Shown: positions 1 through 10,690, numbered from the stretch's first letter. The stretch is 64,000 nucleotides of DNA from an uncultured delta proteobacterium (GCA_963745835.1 CAVUZH010000003.1:352001-416000), one strand, 5' to 3'. Numbers and translations: made by a program. The notes: generated by a model not told the origin, from the letters alone.

Positions 1-669
1 TTGTTGACCATCTCTTGACCCTTGGCGTCCTTCACTAAATCGAGGAACTCCAAATCCAGCGCGGTATCGATGGAGCCCATCTTGGGTCCGCCGATATCTC
101 CGGAAAAACTGCCGCTGGCCAGCACCGCGACTTTGCCATCGTAATGATTGCGAAGGTAATCCGCCGATCTGCTGGCCGAGCCGAAAACATCGCGCGGCGG
201 TGGGTCGGGGCGGCAACATGCCGTTGATGTGCAATGGCACGATCGGCAGATCCATGTGCGGCGTCAGCAGGCTCAGCGGCACCATGAAGGCGTGGTCGAG
301 GATCATTTCTTGCGAATAACTGAAGTCGATGCCGCTCTCTATGCCGTAGTTAAGCAGTCCCTTGGCCATTGTCGTGTCCACTTTTAAAGTGGCGCGCGCA
401 ATGCGCAGCTCCGCCATTTCTTTAGGCGCGGGTCCGGTGCAGGTATCGGAGACGCCAAGACAAAACATCGGCGCGTTGTTATAGAAAAAGTTGGTGACGT
501 GATCACTGGTCAAAATCAGCAGGCAGTCCGGAGAAGCTTCCGACAAGCCTTTTTTCAGATGACCAAACGCAGAGTCGAGCTTGCTCTGAACTTCGGGGGA
601 CATCTTGTCCGGGCGAGATGTGATATTGGGATTGTGTGGCGCGGCAAGCCCTAGAACGATCTTACCCAT
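1..669 (-). CDS. LigB-family (class III extradiol) ring-cleavage dioxygenase large subunit; runs off the window start; frameshift near 163
   Basis: Manual translation from ATG at 669 gives MGKIVLGLAAPHNPN...LILTSDHVTNFFYNNAPMFCLG...MILDHAFMVPL...PIVPLHING. After a frame change it continues YDGKVAVLASGSFSGDIGGP. These are LigB motifs. Confidence 0.85.
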   Translation of the reverse strand, partial: MGKIVLGLAAPHNPNITSRPDKMSPEVQSKLDSAFGHLKKGLSEASPDCLLILTSDHVTNFFYNNAPMFCLGVSDTCTGPAPKEMAELRIARATLKVDTTMAKGLLNYGIESGIDFSYSQEMILDHAFMVPLSLLTPHMDLPIVPLHINGMLPPRPTAARCFRLGQQIGGLPSQSLRWQSRGAGQRQFFRRYRRTQDGLHRYRAGFGVPRFSEGRQGSRDGQQ

Positions 670-674
670 GATAA

Positions 675-926
675 CTATTCTCCTCGTACTTGCTTAAAGT
701 AGATAGCCGGCTTCAGTTCCATCAGCCGGGAAAATTGCCAGAGCAGAAAGCTATGCGCTCCCATCCGATAAAGTTCCCCGGCATTGACCTCCCGCAGCGC
801 TTTAACCTCGAACTCCTCCAAGTCATAGCGTTTGAAAACGTCGTCGGGGTTCTGCTTATATTTGTCTTGCAGCTCCAAATCGTTGAACAGCGCAAACAGA
901 AGTTTATCGACTTGGTACAGGCTCAT
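675..926 (-). CDS. LigA-like small subunit of aromatic ring-opening dioxygenase
   Basis: 83 aa, MSLYQVDKLLFAL...YDLEEFEVKAL...LYRMGAHSFLL; lies directly upstream of the LigB-like gene. Confidence 0.8.
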   Translation of the reverse strand: MSLYQVDKLLFALFNDLELQDKYKQNPDDVFKRYDLEEFEVKALREVNAGELYRMGAHSFLLWQFSRLMELKPAIYFKQVRGE

Positions 927-1873
927 TTGCTCTTCCTCATCTCTTCATTAAGCGACCTTACGATCGACAAGTCATAAACATTTTCGGGAGCGACGTCGCG
1001 CTCGACCTTGAGCGATTTTCTCTGGAAAGCGATCATTTTTTCCTGAAGGCTGCGAGGGATTGTGCCGTCGGCGGACATCACCCGTAACCAGGCTCTATAA
1101 ACGTCTGTGGCTTCAGCTTCGGAGACCTTCATGATCGGCACCATACGGGCCACTACTTCCTTCTCGTTGTTCTTGAGCCAGTGAAATCCCCTGAGGGTGC
1201 CGCGGAGGAATTTATGAACGAGATCCGGTCGCTGGGCCAACGTTCTTTCGGTGGTAACCGCGCCAGCGGTGACGAATTCCAGGTCGTCGCCGTAGAACAG
1301 CAACTCGTTGAAACCGTTCTTTTTGGCGATGATCCGATCCATCTGATTGACCACCGCCGCATCGACGGCGCCGCTCATGAGCGCTGCGAGCCGGTTCGGT
1401 GTCGGTTCGACTGCGCGGAGAACCACATCCTTTTGCGGATCGATGCCGCGCTTGGGCAGCAGGTCGCGGGTCATCTGGTCCAATGCCGCGCCGAAGCTCG
1501 ACACAGCGATTTGTTTTCCGCCTTTTAACTCCTGTACCGTTTTGATCTCTTTGCGGGCGAAGAGCCAGTTCAGCGGACGCGTATCGAAAACCATGACGAT
1601 CTTGAGCGGCACGCCGCGGAGAATTGCGCCGGCACCCTGGCCAAGAATCTGACTGAAGTGAAAGCTGCCGCCGACCAGTCCCTGAATCCCGGGCAACATT
1701 CCCGCCTGAATCGGCAGAACTTCGACGCCCTCTTCACGGTAAAAGCCTTTTTCCTTGGTGAACTTGTACAGAAGGGCATTACCGCTGACGCCGGCCGAGA
1801 TGTGCAGGTTGACTTCATCGAGAGCGGACGAATCTCTGGCGTAGCCCAGGCTCAGAATCACCATCGATAACAA
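923..1873 (-). CDS. NitT/TauT-family ABC substrate-binding protein (start uncertain)
   Basis: Motifs EKGFYREEG, AVSSFGA, GIDPQKDV and RLAALMSGAVDAA. Confidence 0.85.
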   Translation of the reverse strand: MLSMVILSLGYARDSSALDEVNLHISAGVSGNALLYKFTKEKGFYREEGVEVLPIQAGMLPGIQGLVGGSFHFSQILGQGAGAILRGVPLKIVMVFDTRPLNWLFARKEIKTVQELKGGKQIAVSSFGAALDQMTRDLLPKRGIDPQKDVVLRAVEPTPNRLAALMSGAVDAAVVNQMDRIIAKKNGFNELLFYGDDLEFVTAGAVTTERTLAQRPDLVHKFLRGTLRGFHWLKNNEKEVVARMVPIMKVSEAEATDVYRAWLRVMSADGTIPRSLQEKMIAFQRKSLKVERDVAPENVYDLSIVRSLNEEMRKSK

Positions 1874-1921
1874 TAAAATGTTCTCGAGATCATGATGTTC
1901 AATTTGCCCGCATGCTCCTTA

Positions 1922-2965
1922 TTAGAATCCATATTTCTCTTGAGCCGCGACCGCGATGCCGAAGGCAGTTTTCAGCTCCGCGCGGCTGCTGACTTCTTTA
2001 AAAGCTTGCCTGACAGCATCGTCGCGGACAATGTCTTTGGCCGACATGGGCCGCGAAAGTTTCTCGGACTTTACCATTTCGTCGGCGATTCGTTGCACCG
2101 CCGCGGGAGCGACTGCGCCGTCGATCGGTATAGCCCAGCTTTCGACCCGATCGGGCGCGGTGACAATGGCCACGACGCCGCGCTCGTCTTCATTGTGGGT
2201 ATTGGTTCTTCTAAGGTTTTTCTCGAGGTCCCGGAGATATTCGAAATTTCTTACGTCGCGCATAAACCAGAAGGCGCGGATGATCGCGCGAAAATAGGCG
2301 CGCAGCTCGTCGGCGCGCTTTTCGATCATCTGTCCGGTCGCCACGGTGAGTTTGCCCGGCCGCCGCGGAAAGACGGTATTGGGATCGAGAATCATCGGAT
2401 AGCCTTCTTTCTCGAGCTGGTCGGAAAAGGGCGGCTGGGAAGTGATCGCGTCGATTTTGCCGGAGCGCAGCATCTCCATGTGAGCGGGGTTATTTCGATA
2501 TCCGAAGACAGGATCGTAGACCCACTCAACTTCTTGTTCCGGATCTACACCCGCTGCCTCGAGCGCATTGGTGATAAAGACCTGCACCAAGCCTTCCTTC
2601 TCGCGCATGCCGATGCGGCCGCCGCGGAGCTTGCTCATATCCGTGACATGCTTCGCTCCATACCATCTGAGAAAGGGAGTGTAGCGCCAGCCGCCCGCGA
2701 TATAGACTTCGGCGCCCAGCGAACGCTGGTAGATCGCCGCCTCGACATCGACGGCGGTCGCGATATCCACCCCATGGTTGGTGATCGCCATTGCCAGCCC
2801 GTCGCGCTCGAGCGGCCCAGGAATCAAGCCTCGCGCATCGTATTCATATTCTTTGAGACCTTCCTGATTGAAAAAACCCTGCTCCTCGGCGACAAAGATC
2901 GCGACCTGGTGGCCGACGTGATAATTGCTGTTGGCAATTAAAATGGGTTGATCTAACGTGCTCAT
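1922..2965 (-). CDS. SsuA/THI5-fold protein without signal peptide (possible cytoplasmic enzyme)
   Basis: Motifs VAEEQGFF, LRGGRIG, AGVDPEQEV and LRSGKIDA; no hydrophobic N-terminal segment. Confidence 0.75.
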   Translation of the reverse strand: MSTLDQPILIANSNYHVGHQVAIFVAEEQGFFNQEGLKEYEYDARGLIPGPLERDGLAMAITNHGVDIATAVDVEAAIYQRSLGAEVYIAGGWRYTPFLRWYGAKHVTDMSKLRGGRIGMREKEGLVQVFITNALEAAGVDPEQEVEWVYDPVFGYRNNPAHMEMLRSGKIDAITSQPPFSDQLEKEGYPMILDPNTVFPRRPGKLTVATGQMIEKRADELRAYFRAIIRAFWFMRDVRNFEYLRDLEKNLRRTNTHNEDERGVVAIVTAPDRVESWAIPIDGAVAPAAVQRIADEMVKSEKLSRPMSAKDIVRDDAVRQAFKEVSSRAELKTAFGIAVAAQEKYGF

Positions 2966-2984
2966 TTAAATCCTTTCCAAATGT

Positions 2985-3052
2985 TGGAGTGATTGAGTAA
3001 TGGAGTGCTGCGCGCAGCGATGTTGCCTTACTCCAATACTCCATTTCCTCCA
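2985..3052. repeat. REP-like imperfect palindrome built from GGAGTAAT/ATACTCC units
   Basis: tggagtgattgagtaatggagtg...tactccaatactccatttcctcca in an intergenic gap. Confidence 0.6.
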
Positions 3053-3058
3053 GCAGTG

Positions 3059-4009
3059 TCATGTCCCAGTCGCGAAAATTTCGTTGATCGCGAGCCGGCG
3101 TTCGGTGAGCCTTTGTTCAAACGCATAATCGAGCAGCGTATCGATAACCACCCGGTTCTTCTCCACCGAATAGGGCCATGGGTCCGAACCGAGTAGCGCG
3201 CGTTCCTCTTCCTGCTCGGCGCCGAACCACGCCAGAGACGAGCGCCGATGATCGGCCCAGTATTTATAGGCGTGCTGCTTGGCGTCCTCAAAAGCGCGCA
3301 CGAGCTGTGCAGCCACTTCGCTATCACGTTGGAGCACTTCATCCTTGACGACGACCAAGTGACGGATCGGAAAAATGCCGGTGCGGCGATAGTAGTCCGT
3401 TTCGACTTCGCGATAGTTGGGCCACAGCCGTCTCACCACTTTGTTGATGGTAGAGGCCTCGGCCCCACTGTCGGAAAGTATTTGCGCGTCCAACTCGCCT
3501 GCTTTGAGTAAATCTTGCATCTTTCGACCGGCCGGCGCGCGCTCGATGCGCAGCCAGGAAGGCGGAGACCAGCCCGGCACATCCTCCGAGCCATCGGCGA
3601 CCCAGTGAATCTCGCTGGGCGGCAGGTTGAACTCATGTTGCAGCAGACCGCGGATCCAGAGCGCTATTGGATTGAAATGCCCATGCACGCCGATACGGCG
3701 CCCGCGCAAATCCTCAGGTCGGAGAATGTCTGAGTCCATCCGCACCATGACGCAACTATGATTGAACCGGCGGTGCGGAAACACCGGAATCGCGGTTATC
3801 GGAGCTCCTCGACTCTTAAGTCCGAGATACTGCGCAATCTGCAACTCGCAAACATCGAATTCGAGATTGCGCACAAAGCGGGTGTGGCGCTCGGCGGAGG
3901 GAAGCGGGATCACCGTTAAATCCAATCCGGGTGTAGCGACAGTGCGGTCGATCAGGGGACGTGTACGGTCGTAGTCACCGCAGGACAGTGTCAGGCGAGC
4001 GTCGGGCAT
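3059..4009 (-). CDS. 4,5-dihydroxyphthalate decarboxylase-like protein (periplasmic-binding fold)
   Basis: Motifs LTLSCGDYDRTRPL, FDVCEL, AIPVFPHRRFNHS, TGIFPIRHLVVV and DPWPYSV are characteristic of the Pht5/OphC-like family. Confidence 0.85.
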   Translation of the reverse strand: MPDARLTLSCGDYDRTRPLIDRTVATPGLDLTVIPLPSAERHTRFVRNLEFDVCELQIAQYLGLKSRGAPITAIPVFPHRRFNHSCVMVRMDSDILRPEDLRGRRIGVHGHFNPIALWIRGLLQHEFNLPPSEIHWVADGSEDVPGWSPPSWLRIERAPAGRKMQDLLKAGELDAQILSDSGAEASTINKVVRRLWPNYREVETDYYRRTGIFPIRHLVVVKDEVLQRDSEVAAQLVRAFEDAKQHAYKYWADHRRSSLAWFGAEQEEERALLGSDPWPYSVEKNRVVIDTLLDYAFEQRLTERRLAINEIFATGT

Positions 4010-4087
4010 CCTATGTCCTTACTATCTTCGTTGGCGCAAGTGTGTGATTCTCGTGGGTTCATCGATGAACTGAACAACTGACTTTTG

Positions 4088-5074
4088 CTACCGTGAAATA
4101 CCGCTTTCGCTCTGCTTAACAAACGAAGTATCGATGATCTCATTGGCATCGACCGCTTTTGCTTGCGGAAACTGCACTGACATCATATCGAGAGCCGTCA
4201 TGACCGCATCGGCGGATGGATAGGGCGTCCTCTGAATTTTGTCGCTGAAATAATTATAGGTTTCCCCGAGAATATCATCGTTTGCGCCGCGCAGATACTT
4301 TCGCATCACCGCCATGCTGGTTTCTTTGTTGGTTTTGAATAGTTGAATCCCTTCCATTAGGGTCCTGACCAGTCTCACGGTGATTTCCGGATTTTTTTTG
4401 ACATTTACTTTCAAAGTCGACACGCCGACATACGGGTAGGGAATTCCCATTTCGTCAAAATCGAGCAGCTCGCGAAATCCCATGCGATTGGCCAATAACC
4501 GGGTCGGTGTCGTAAGCACCGCGGCATCGACGACCCCTTTCTCCAGCGCCGGCAGTATGCTCGGCCCATCGCCTAGAGGAACTATTTTGACGTCGCGCGC
4601 GGGGTCGAGGTTTAGTTTCTTCTTCAGAATGTAGTGCAGCATCACATCCGTAATCGCGCCTGGACGCCCGGAGCCCACCACTTTCCCGCGCAGGTCCGCC
4701 GGGTTACTTATCTGTGGCTTGGAGAACAGCGACGTGCCTGTGACATTCAGAAACGTTGCAATGATCACCAGATCCTTTTGGCCGACGGCGTAAGAGGACA
4801 CGACGCCGGTACCGGTCGAGATGACGTATTGCGCATCGCCGCTCAGCAGCAGCTGGTGCGGCCGTGCTCTTCCAGCGTAAACCGCTTCGAGATCCAAGCC
4901 GTATTTTCTCCCCAAACGTTCATCGACGGCGATCCAGAGAGGAGTGTACCCGCCGGTGAACGAAGAGTAGATGATCTTCAGTCGCTGCGTCTCACCGGCA
5001 GCCCATGAGGCCGAAACGGATACCAACAATTGCATGGATAAAATCAATCCAACGAGCTGATAAATGCGCTTCAC
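4088..5074 (-). CDS. NitT/TauT-family ABC substrate-binding protein
   Basis: GTG start after an AGGAG RBS, signal peptide, then PLWIA, DLRGKVVG, LDPARDV and ALEKGVVDAA. Confidence 0.9.
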   Translation of the reverse strand: MKRIYQLVGLILSMQLLVSVSASWAAGETQRLKIIYSSFTGGYTPLWIAVDERLGRKYGLDLEAVYAGRARPHQLLLSGDAQYVISTGTGVVSSYAVGQKDLVIIATFLNVTGTSLFSKPQISNPADLRGKVVGSGRPGAITDVMLHYILKKKLNLDPARDVKIVPLGDGPSILPALEKGVVDAAVLTTPTRLLANRMGFRELLDFDEMGIPYPYVGVSTLKVNVKKNPEITVRLVRTLMEGIQLFKTNKETSMAVMRKYLRGANDDILGETYNYFSDKIQRTPYPSADAVMTALDMMSVQFPQAKAVDANEIIDTSFVKQSESGISR

Positions 5075-5330
5075 TTCGTTTCTCCTATGCTGTGTGTAGT
5101 TCTTGTCGCCTGATTCGCATGTCTTTACAACCAGTATCTTGTCGAGAGGCCGGGGCACCCGCGGCGGATCAACATTGCAGCTTGTATCGAGAGACGACCA
5201 AGCGTCGCACCCTTGTCTATGGAACAACTTCAACATGTTTCTGAAGATTAACCCTTCCGAAGTTAGTCTCGCCCAAGCGGGCTGATTTGAAGCCTCAGCA
5301 GAGAAGCGACCAGCGGCATCAGAGCCGGCA

Positions 5331-6257
5331 TCACTGGTCTAAACTTGACACGGCCTTCGTATAAAAGCGCTCGTCGACGTACTTCTCGGGTTTTGGCAAT
5401 GGCGGTTTCATCAGCCCGGCGATCTCTCGCAGTTGGAGAACCGATTGAATCCCGTCTATGTCGATCTGGCTTCTGTGACTGAAGCCAAATCGAGGACTGG
5501 TGCTTTCTTCGTACATCGCTTGAGCTCGAGGCTTGTTGTTGCGGTTCTCAGGCATAAGCATCGCAATAACTTCATCCTTGTGATCCGGCTCAGTGACCCA
5601 ATCAGTGGCGCGGATCATGGCACGGATGAAACGGACCAGCAGGTCTTCGTTTTTGTTGGCCCAGTCGCGCCGGGTTGCGCCGAGTCCTCTGGCATAGTGC
5701 TGGACGTAATCTTCAGCTTTAGCTAGGACTTTAAAGCCGCGCTTTTGAATTTCGTCATCGGCGAGACTCATCATCGCGGCCGACGCGTCGCCGCGGCTCA
5801 TCGCCTCCGCGCGCTTGGTGGTATTACCGAAGGCCTTGAACGTGTAGTCCTTGTTCAACTCCAAGCCCTGCTTCTTGAGTATGTAGACGCCGACAATCGC
5901 ATAGCCGGTGGTGGGCGCGTCTACGGCAAAGACTGTGCCCTTGAGATCGCCGTAGTCATCGATCCCCGGCCCGACGATCAGCTTCTGGTTAACGCCGCGG
6001 TTACCGCCCAGAAAGATTATGAAATCATTCTTCTGAGGGTCTTCCCCTTGCCCTTCAGCCCAGGCAATCACGTTATCGGCGTTATTGATGATGAGGTCGT
6101 ACTTGCCGCTGATGAGATTACGCAGCAGAGTAGGGGAATCGGTGACCGTATCGATTTGAATTCGGATGTTCTCTTTTTTGAAGAAGCCTTTGCCGTCGGC
6201 CGCAATGATTGCCGGGTCCTTGTTGAACAATCCAATCTGGATGACATCTTCAGCCAT
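5331..6257 (-). CDS. SsuA/THI5-fold protein without evident signal peptide
   Basis: MAEDVIQIGLF..., KGFFKKENI, DLKGTVFAVDAPTTGYA. Confidence 0.8.
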   Translation of the reverse strand: MAEDVIQIGLFNKDPAIIAADGKGFFKKENIRIQIDTVTDSPTLLRNLISGKYDLIINNADNVIAWAEGQGEDPQKNDFIIFLGGNRGVNQKLIVGPGIDDYGDLKGTVFAVDAPTTGYAIVGVYILKKQGLELNKDYTFKAFGNTTKRAEAMSRGDASAAMMSLADDEIQKRGFKVLAKAEDYVQHYARGLGATRRDWANKNEDLLVRFIRAMIRATDWVTEPDHKDEVIAMLMPENRNNKPRAQAMYEESTSPRFGFSHRSQIDIDGIQSVLQLREIAGLMKPPLPKPEKYVDERFYTKAVSSLDQ

Positions 6258-6547
6258 AACTATGCCTGGCAGGAGCCATAAGAAAGCTCCCGACCATATC
6301 TCCTTATGTGGTTATTTTGATTCTCGCAAAACGTGCAGTGCCGCTTTTCGATCCGTTAATACAGTTCTCTGATCGTTGTCAACGATAGAGAGTTCGAAAG
6401 ATTTTAGCAGTCATACGGCGCAGAAATACGCGCTCTGGGAAGTTCGGAAATCTACCGCGGAGGCCCTGAGAGCAGTGCAGATTCTGCTCACTGTACTTTG
6501 TTCTTTCCGTGAGAAACATCAGACGCCTCAGGACAGAGACAAAGTGT

Positions 6548-7507
6548 CTATTTTGATCGGATTTCTTTGACCATAGAGAAGTCGGCAACCTCGCTAGGAG
6601 CGACCTTTGACGAAAGCAGTTGGGCGCGCGTTGCCACGACATCCCAAAAGCTCTTATCGCTACGGGGCGCTCCATCACTGTACGCAAAGGTGACGTCTTT
6701 CAGCGCCGCGATTCCTTCCTGAGCCGGCATCCTCAGCCACTGCTGAATGCTGGCTCCGACCGCTTGCTCATTACCGGGCTGCAGAATGAAGCGGCTTCCG
6801 CGCACTAAAGCCCGCAGCATCCGCCTAACTTGATTCGGGTTTTCTTTTATCGTGCGCCTATGAGTCGAAAGTCCAGCCAACGGCGCGCTATAGATATCGC
6901 CGGCGCGGAAAAGCACGTTTAGTCCGACGTCGCGAGCCTTTTGCGGCCAAGGAGGAACCAGGAATGTGGCGTCTGCGACACCCTGCTCGACCATCGCAAA
7001 CAGCGCCGGGGAATCCGGCGCCGAAATCCATTTCACATCCTTGAGCGGATCAAAACCAAAATGACGGAGCACCGCTTGGAAAACCAACCCTGTGGACCCG
7101 CTCAGATCCACGGTGTTGAGCACAAAGGTTTTGCCGCGGAGGTCCGCGCCCGATTTGACGGTTGGCCGGGTCACCAAATAATGGAGCGAGCGGTCGACGA
7201 AGACGGCCAACATCTGCATCGGTACCCCTCTCAGAGCGCTGTCTATGGGAGGAAGAAAGCTCATCGTGTAATCGATATGGCCGTTTGCCAACGCCGGTAT
7301 GAGGGCGGCCGTCCGCATTTGAATGAATTTTACGTCGAGTCCCTCTTGGCGGAAAAAACCCTGATCTACCGCTATCCTGCCGGGAAGAAACGTCAACGTG
7401 GAAGCCGTGTAACTCAGAGTTACCTCCTCGGCCGTAGAGAGAGCCGGGTTTGAGACTGAGTAGAACAGAAAAATCAACGGTAAAAAGCTGCAGGTGAGAT
7501 GTTTCAA
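6548..7507 (-). CDS. NitT/TauT-family ABC substrate-binding protein
   Basis: Signal peptide, QGFFRQEGLDV, DLRGKTF, FDPLKDV. Confidence 0.9.
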   Translation of the reverse strand: MKHLTCSFLPLIFLFYSVSNPALSTAEEVTLSYTASTLTFLPGRIAVDQGFFRQEGLDVKFIQMRTAALIPALANGHIDYTMSFLPPIDSALRGVPMQMLAVFVDRSLHYLVTRPTVKSGADLRGKTFVLNTVDLSGSTGLVFQAVLRHFGFDPLKDVKWISAPDSPALFAMVEQGVADATFLVPPWPQKARDVGLNVLFRAGDIYSAPLAGLSTHRRTIKENPNQVRRMLRALVRGSRFILQPGNEQAVGASIQQWLRMPAQEGIAALKDVTFAYSDGAPRSDKSFWDVVATRAQLLSSKVAPSEVADFSMVKEIRSK

Positions 7508-7677
7508 ATGGTTCCTTTCTTTGATCTACCGACCGGGGTAAACACTGATTATCACGATCTATGATCTTCTCTATTCCGAACTTTTGAATAATTCAAAAAG
7601 AATTGAGCCAACACGGGCCGGAGTTCGAATCCATCCATGCGCAGTTTGAACAGGATCTAATTGTTAAGCACAAACAA

Positions 7678-8114
7678 ATGAAACGCTTCAAACCACAGAC
7701 GATTCGACTGATGGGACGACTCCATGCCTGGTTGTGGAGGCTAACGCGCGGCAGGTTCGTCGATGCGGTTGGAGCGGCGCCGTTTCTTTTGCTGACCACC
7801 ACGGGCCGTAAAACCGGGCGATTGCGAACGACGCCGGTGCTCTACCTCGAAGATGGCAGCGATCTCGTTGTGGTGGCTTCATTCGGTGGCAATGACATGC
7901 ATCCCGCTTGGTATCTCAATCTCAAAGAATATCCGGAAGCTGAAGTCGTGATCCGAGGCGAGCGCCGGCGGGTGAGCGCGCAAGAGATAAGTACTGAGGA
8001 GAAAAAACTCATCTGGCGCACGATTGGTGAAGTCTGTACCCGCAGTTTGAGATCTATCAGCAACGCACGAGCCGCGAAATCCCGCTGTTGAGATTAGCCG
8101 CGAAAATTCGATGA
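7678..8114 (+). CDS. Deazaflavin (F420)-dependent nitroreductase family protein (DDN-like); frameshift near 8020-8035
   Basis: LLLTTTGRKTGRLRTTPVLY and VVASFGGNDMHPAWYLNL; the expected C-terminus YPQFEIYQQRTSREIPLL lies in a shifted frame ending at 8114. Confidence 0.85.
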
Positions 8115-8305
8115 ACGGATCGTCGCCACGCAGGGAGAATCATGAGCTAGACCGTCGTTGCTGATCCGCTTCCACCGCCGGATGTCTGCGTTCAGCGGTG
8201 GGGCGTGAGCATTCGACGATGGTTTCTCAAAAAGTTTTTTGACAACATCCGAACGAGCAACTTTCTCAGCGAAGCTGCTCGCGTCTCGTTCTGCCGACGG
8301 GACAT

Positions 8306-10406
8306 CTAGGGAACAGCGGCGTCGTTTGCCGCAGCAATGATGCTGTCAGCGTCTTCGCGAAGTAGTAGGCGCTTGCTGACCAGGTCGTTCGCTGCAGCGG
8401 TGACTTTGCCGACATAGTCTTGATGCGTCGGATACCGCTCCTCCAGCGATAGCCGCGGGTCGCCTGCCGCACGACGCTCGGCTTCAGTCTTGAAGAACGG
8501 GATAAAAGCCCCCGTGAGGTCGCAGGAATCCCCCTCGCTGAATCCTGCCTTCCTGATGTTCCAGCCGGTGTAGGTGCCCAGCGGAACCTGCACGTTCGTA
8601 TTCCGCAAACCATCGATCGGGTTGCCGTCGGCATCGACCTGAGGCACGAGCACATTGTAAGCGGCGCCGACGAGCGGTGGTTCAGCCATAATGCCCGCGA
8701 TATCTTCGACATCGAAGCGTTGTCCACGGTCGAGGTAAAACTTGTAGTTGACGAGACCGGGTAGGGTGAAGTTCACGGCGGGGATGTACGGGATGAGAAC
8801 GTCGGTCGGCTTCACCAGACTGCCGCGGCCCAACGACGAGTAGAGGCTCGGCGGCGGCTCCGTCCCGTTGAACGATCCATTCGCGAAGCGCGACAAGCAA
8901 CGCCCGCTGAGCATGGATAAACGGATTGCTGTTGGAACGCAGTTGGCAGGCATTCGGGAAAGCCGGCAGCACCGCCGGTGGCTGCGCGAGCGGATTTCCC
9001 CCGCCATGCTGCGTGCCGGCGAGATCGTAGATCCGCACCTCCGCAGGAATCTCCAGATCCTGTGTTCCTGTGGAATCGGTCGTGTTCAAAGACATCACTG
9101 CCTGCCAATACTCCGTATCGGTGTTGGTGTGAGTGATCTTGGGACAGGTGTGAGTCCGGCGACAACGCTCAAGCTGCCCGGCCGTGATGCCTGAGAATGG
9201 ATCGTGGCTTACGTCCCACGTCTGGGGGGACTCTGTCCCCGGATACTGCTGCTCGCTGTGCTGCGTCCCCGATAGCCGGGTCGGCTGTGCGAAGCGAATG
9301 TTGAAGGCGCCCCGGTTTGAGGCTTTATGCGGTATTGCTCCTTCGACCACCTGTCGACGATGCTCATCTTGGTTGAAACCGAGCTGGATGAAGGTGCGGA
9401 TCCAGCGTCCACTCTGGGACGAGCCGTAGATGATGGCGTTCTCGATACCGTCGCCCAGCGGATTTTCCAGATCTCTATGACGATCGCGGTTCCCACTGCG
9501 CAGGAAGGAAATGAAGTCGCGGGTCGCGGCGAAGCCCAGCCCCATCACCATGGGATTTTTTGCCGTGTAGAGCAACTCGTAGATATGATTCGTATCGAAT
9601 CCCCCCTGGAGACATACCTTCGTCCGGTCGGGGACGCCAGGAAAGGGCACTGAGGTGCAGTCGGCAAACGCCCACTGGCTGTTGGGGATCAGCTCTCGCG
9701 GATCATTCTGATGCACACGCCGTGTCAGCGTTGCACGCGAGTTGTCGGTGCTGATCGCTTCGTAAGCGGGCGGCTCGGTTACATCCTGGGTAGTCGCGGG
9801 AGAGCCGAGAATGTATTCAGCGCGCACCCGGCCTCTGATCTCGCGGCCGTCACGCCGCTTGGCGATGGGTAGGTTGATCCGGAGACCGGTCGTTAAATCG
9901 CCTTCCCAGCCGCTATCCACGAGTGTGTACCCTTCACGCTGAAGAAAGCCGTCACCGAGATTGGTCGCGTTACCGCCGACGTTCAGCTCGGGACTTCTAA
10001 TATTTCCGCGATTCGGTACGTCATAGAGGAGCGTCTTGTTGCCGCGACTCATGTCGAGAGGCTTTGTGATCGCAAAATCCATCGAGTACTCCACATTGCC
10101 GCGCGAATTGCGGGGTGCCAACTCGATATCGGTGATCACTGCGTTGAGCGGGTCTTTCGGATTTACCTCGCCGAATGCAACGCCGGTGAGCTGTTCGTAT
10201 TGGCCGACAACGCCGAATGAGGCGCCGCCGAAGGCGGGCGATGTGCGGTTCTGAATGATAATACCGGTGATTCTTGCTTCCGCTAAATGACCCATGCCCA
10301 ACAAGCCGAGGATGAGCGAACTCCAGAAGAAAAAAACGATCCAGAGGAGGCCAGACGCGCCGCTTGATGGAAGCAGTCCAACTAGGTTTTTAGGTTTATT
10401 TGACAT
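8306..10406 (-). CDS. Secreted alpha/beta-hydrolase domain protein; frameshift near 8870
   Basis: ARITGIII after a signal-like segment, YDVPNRG, GLGFAATRDFISFLR and nucleophile motif YGSSQSGRW. The C-terminal part (VPQVDADGN...VPLGTYTGWN...DPRLSLEERY) is in ORF 8306..9007. Confidence 0.85.
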
Positions 10407-10621
10407 GGATCTCTCCTCCTTACGCTTACTTTGGAATCGAGTTTGGTGCAGCTCCCCTATGCTCGATGTAGCGAATTCCTTATGTGCGCCTATTGATATT
10501 CGTGTGGCTGGGAAGATCCAGTCCGGGCGAAGAAAGGAGATCAGAAGATGAGACCAGATCGTTAGACCCAGCCCAAGTTGGTCGCCCTGAAGATAGGAAT
10601 AGTGATCGGAAGAAGTCAAGG

Positions 10622-10690
10622 AGAAAAAGTCTGTTTGTTGTAGCGAAACGATAATGTCAGGGGTTAATAGCAACGTGATTATGTCAGGGT
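10622..10690 (+). mobile_element. Transposon-end-like repeat, copy 1 (TGT at 10639, two GATWATGTCAGGG sites 27 bp apart)
   Basis: TGTAGCGAAACGATAATGTCAGGGGTTAATAGCAACGTGATTATGTCA matches 16354-16401 at 42/48 positions; the 5' flanks are also similar. Confidence 0.7.

Noticed and set aside
1892-2941. 349-aa plus-strand ORF and similar long antisense ORFs (19519..20466, 49140..50207, 54414..55157, 43705..44493)
   Set aside because: Shadow frames opposite well-supported genes in GC-rich DNA, with no recognisable motifs.
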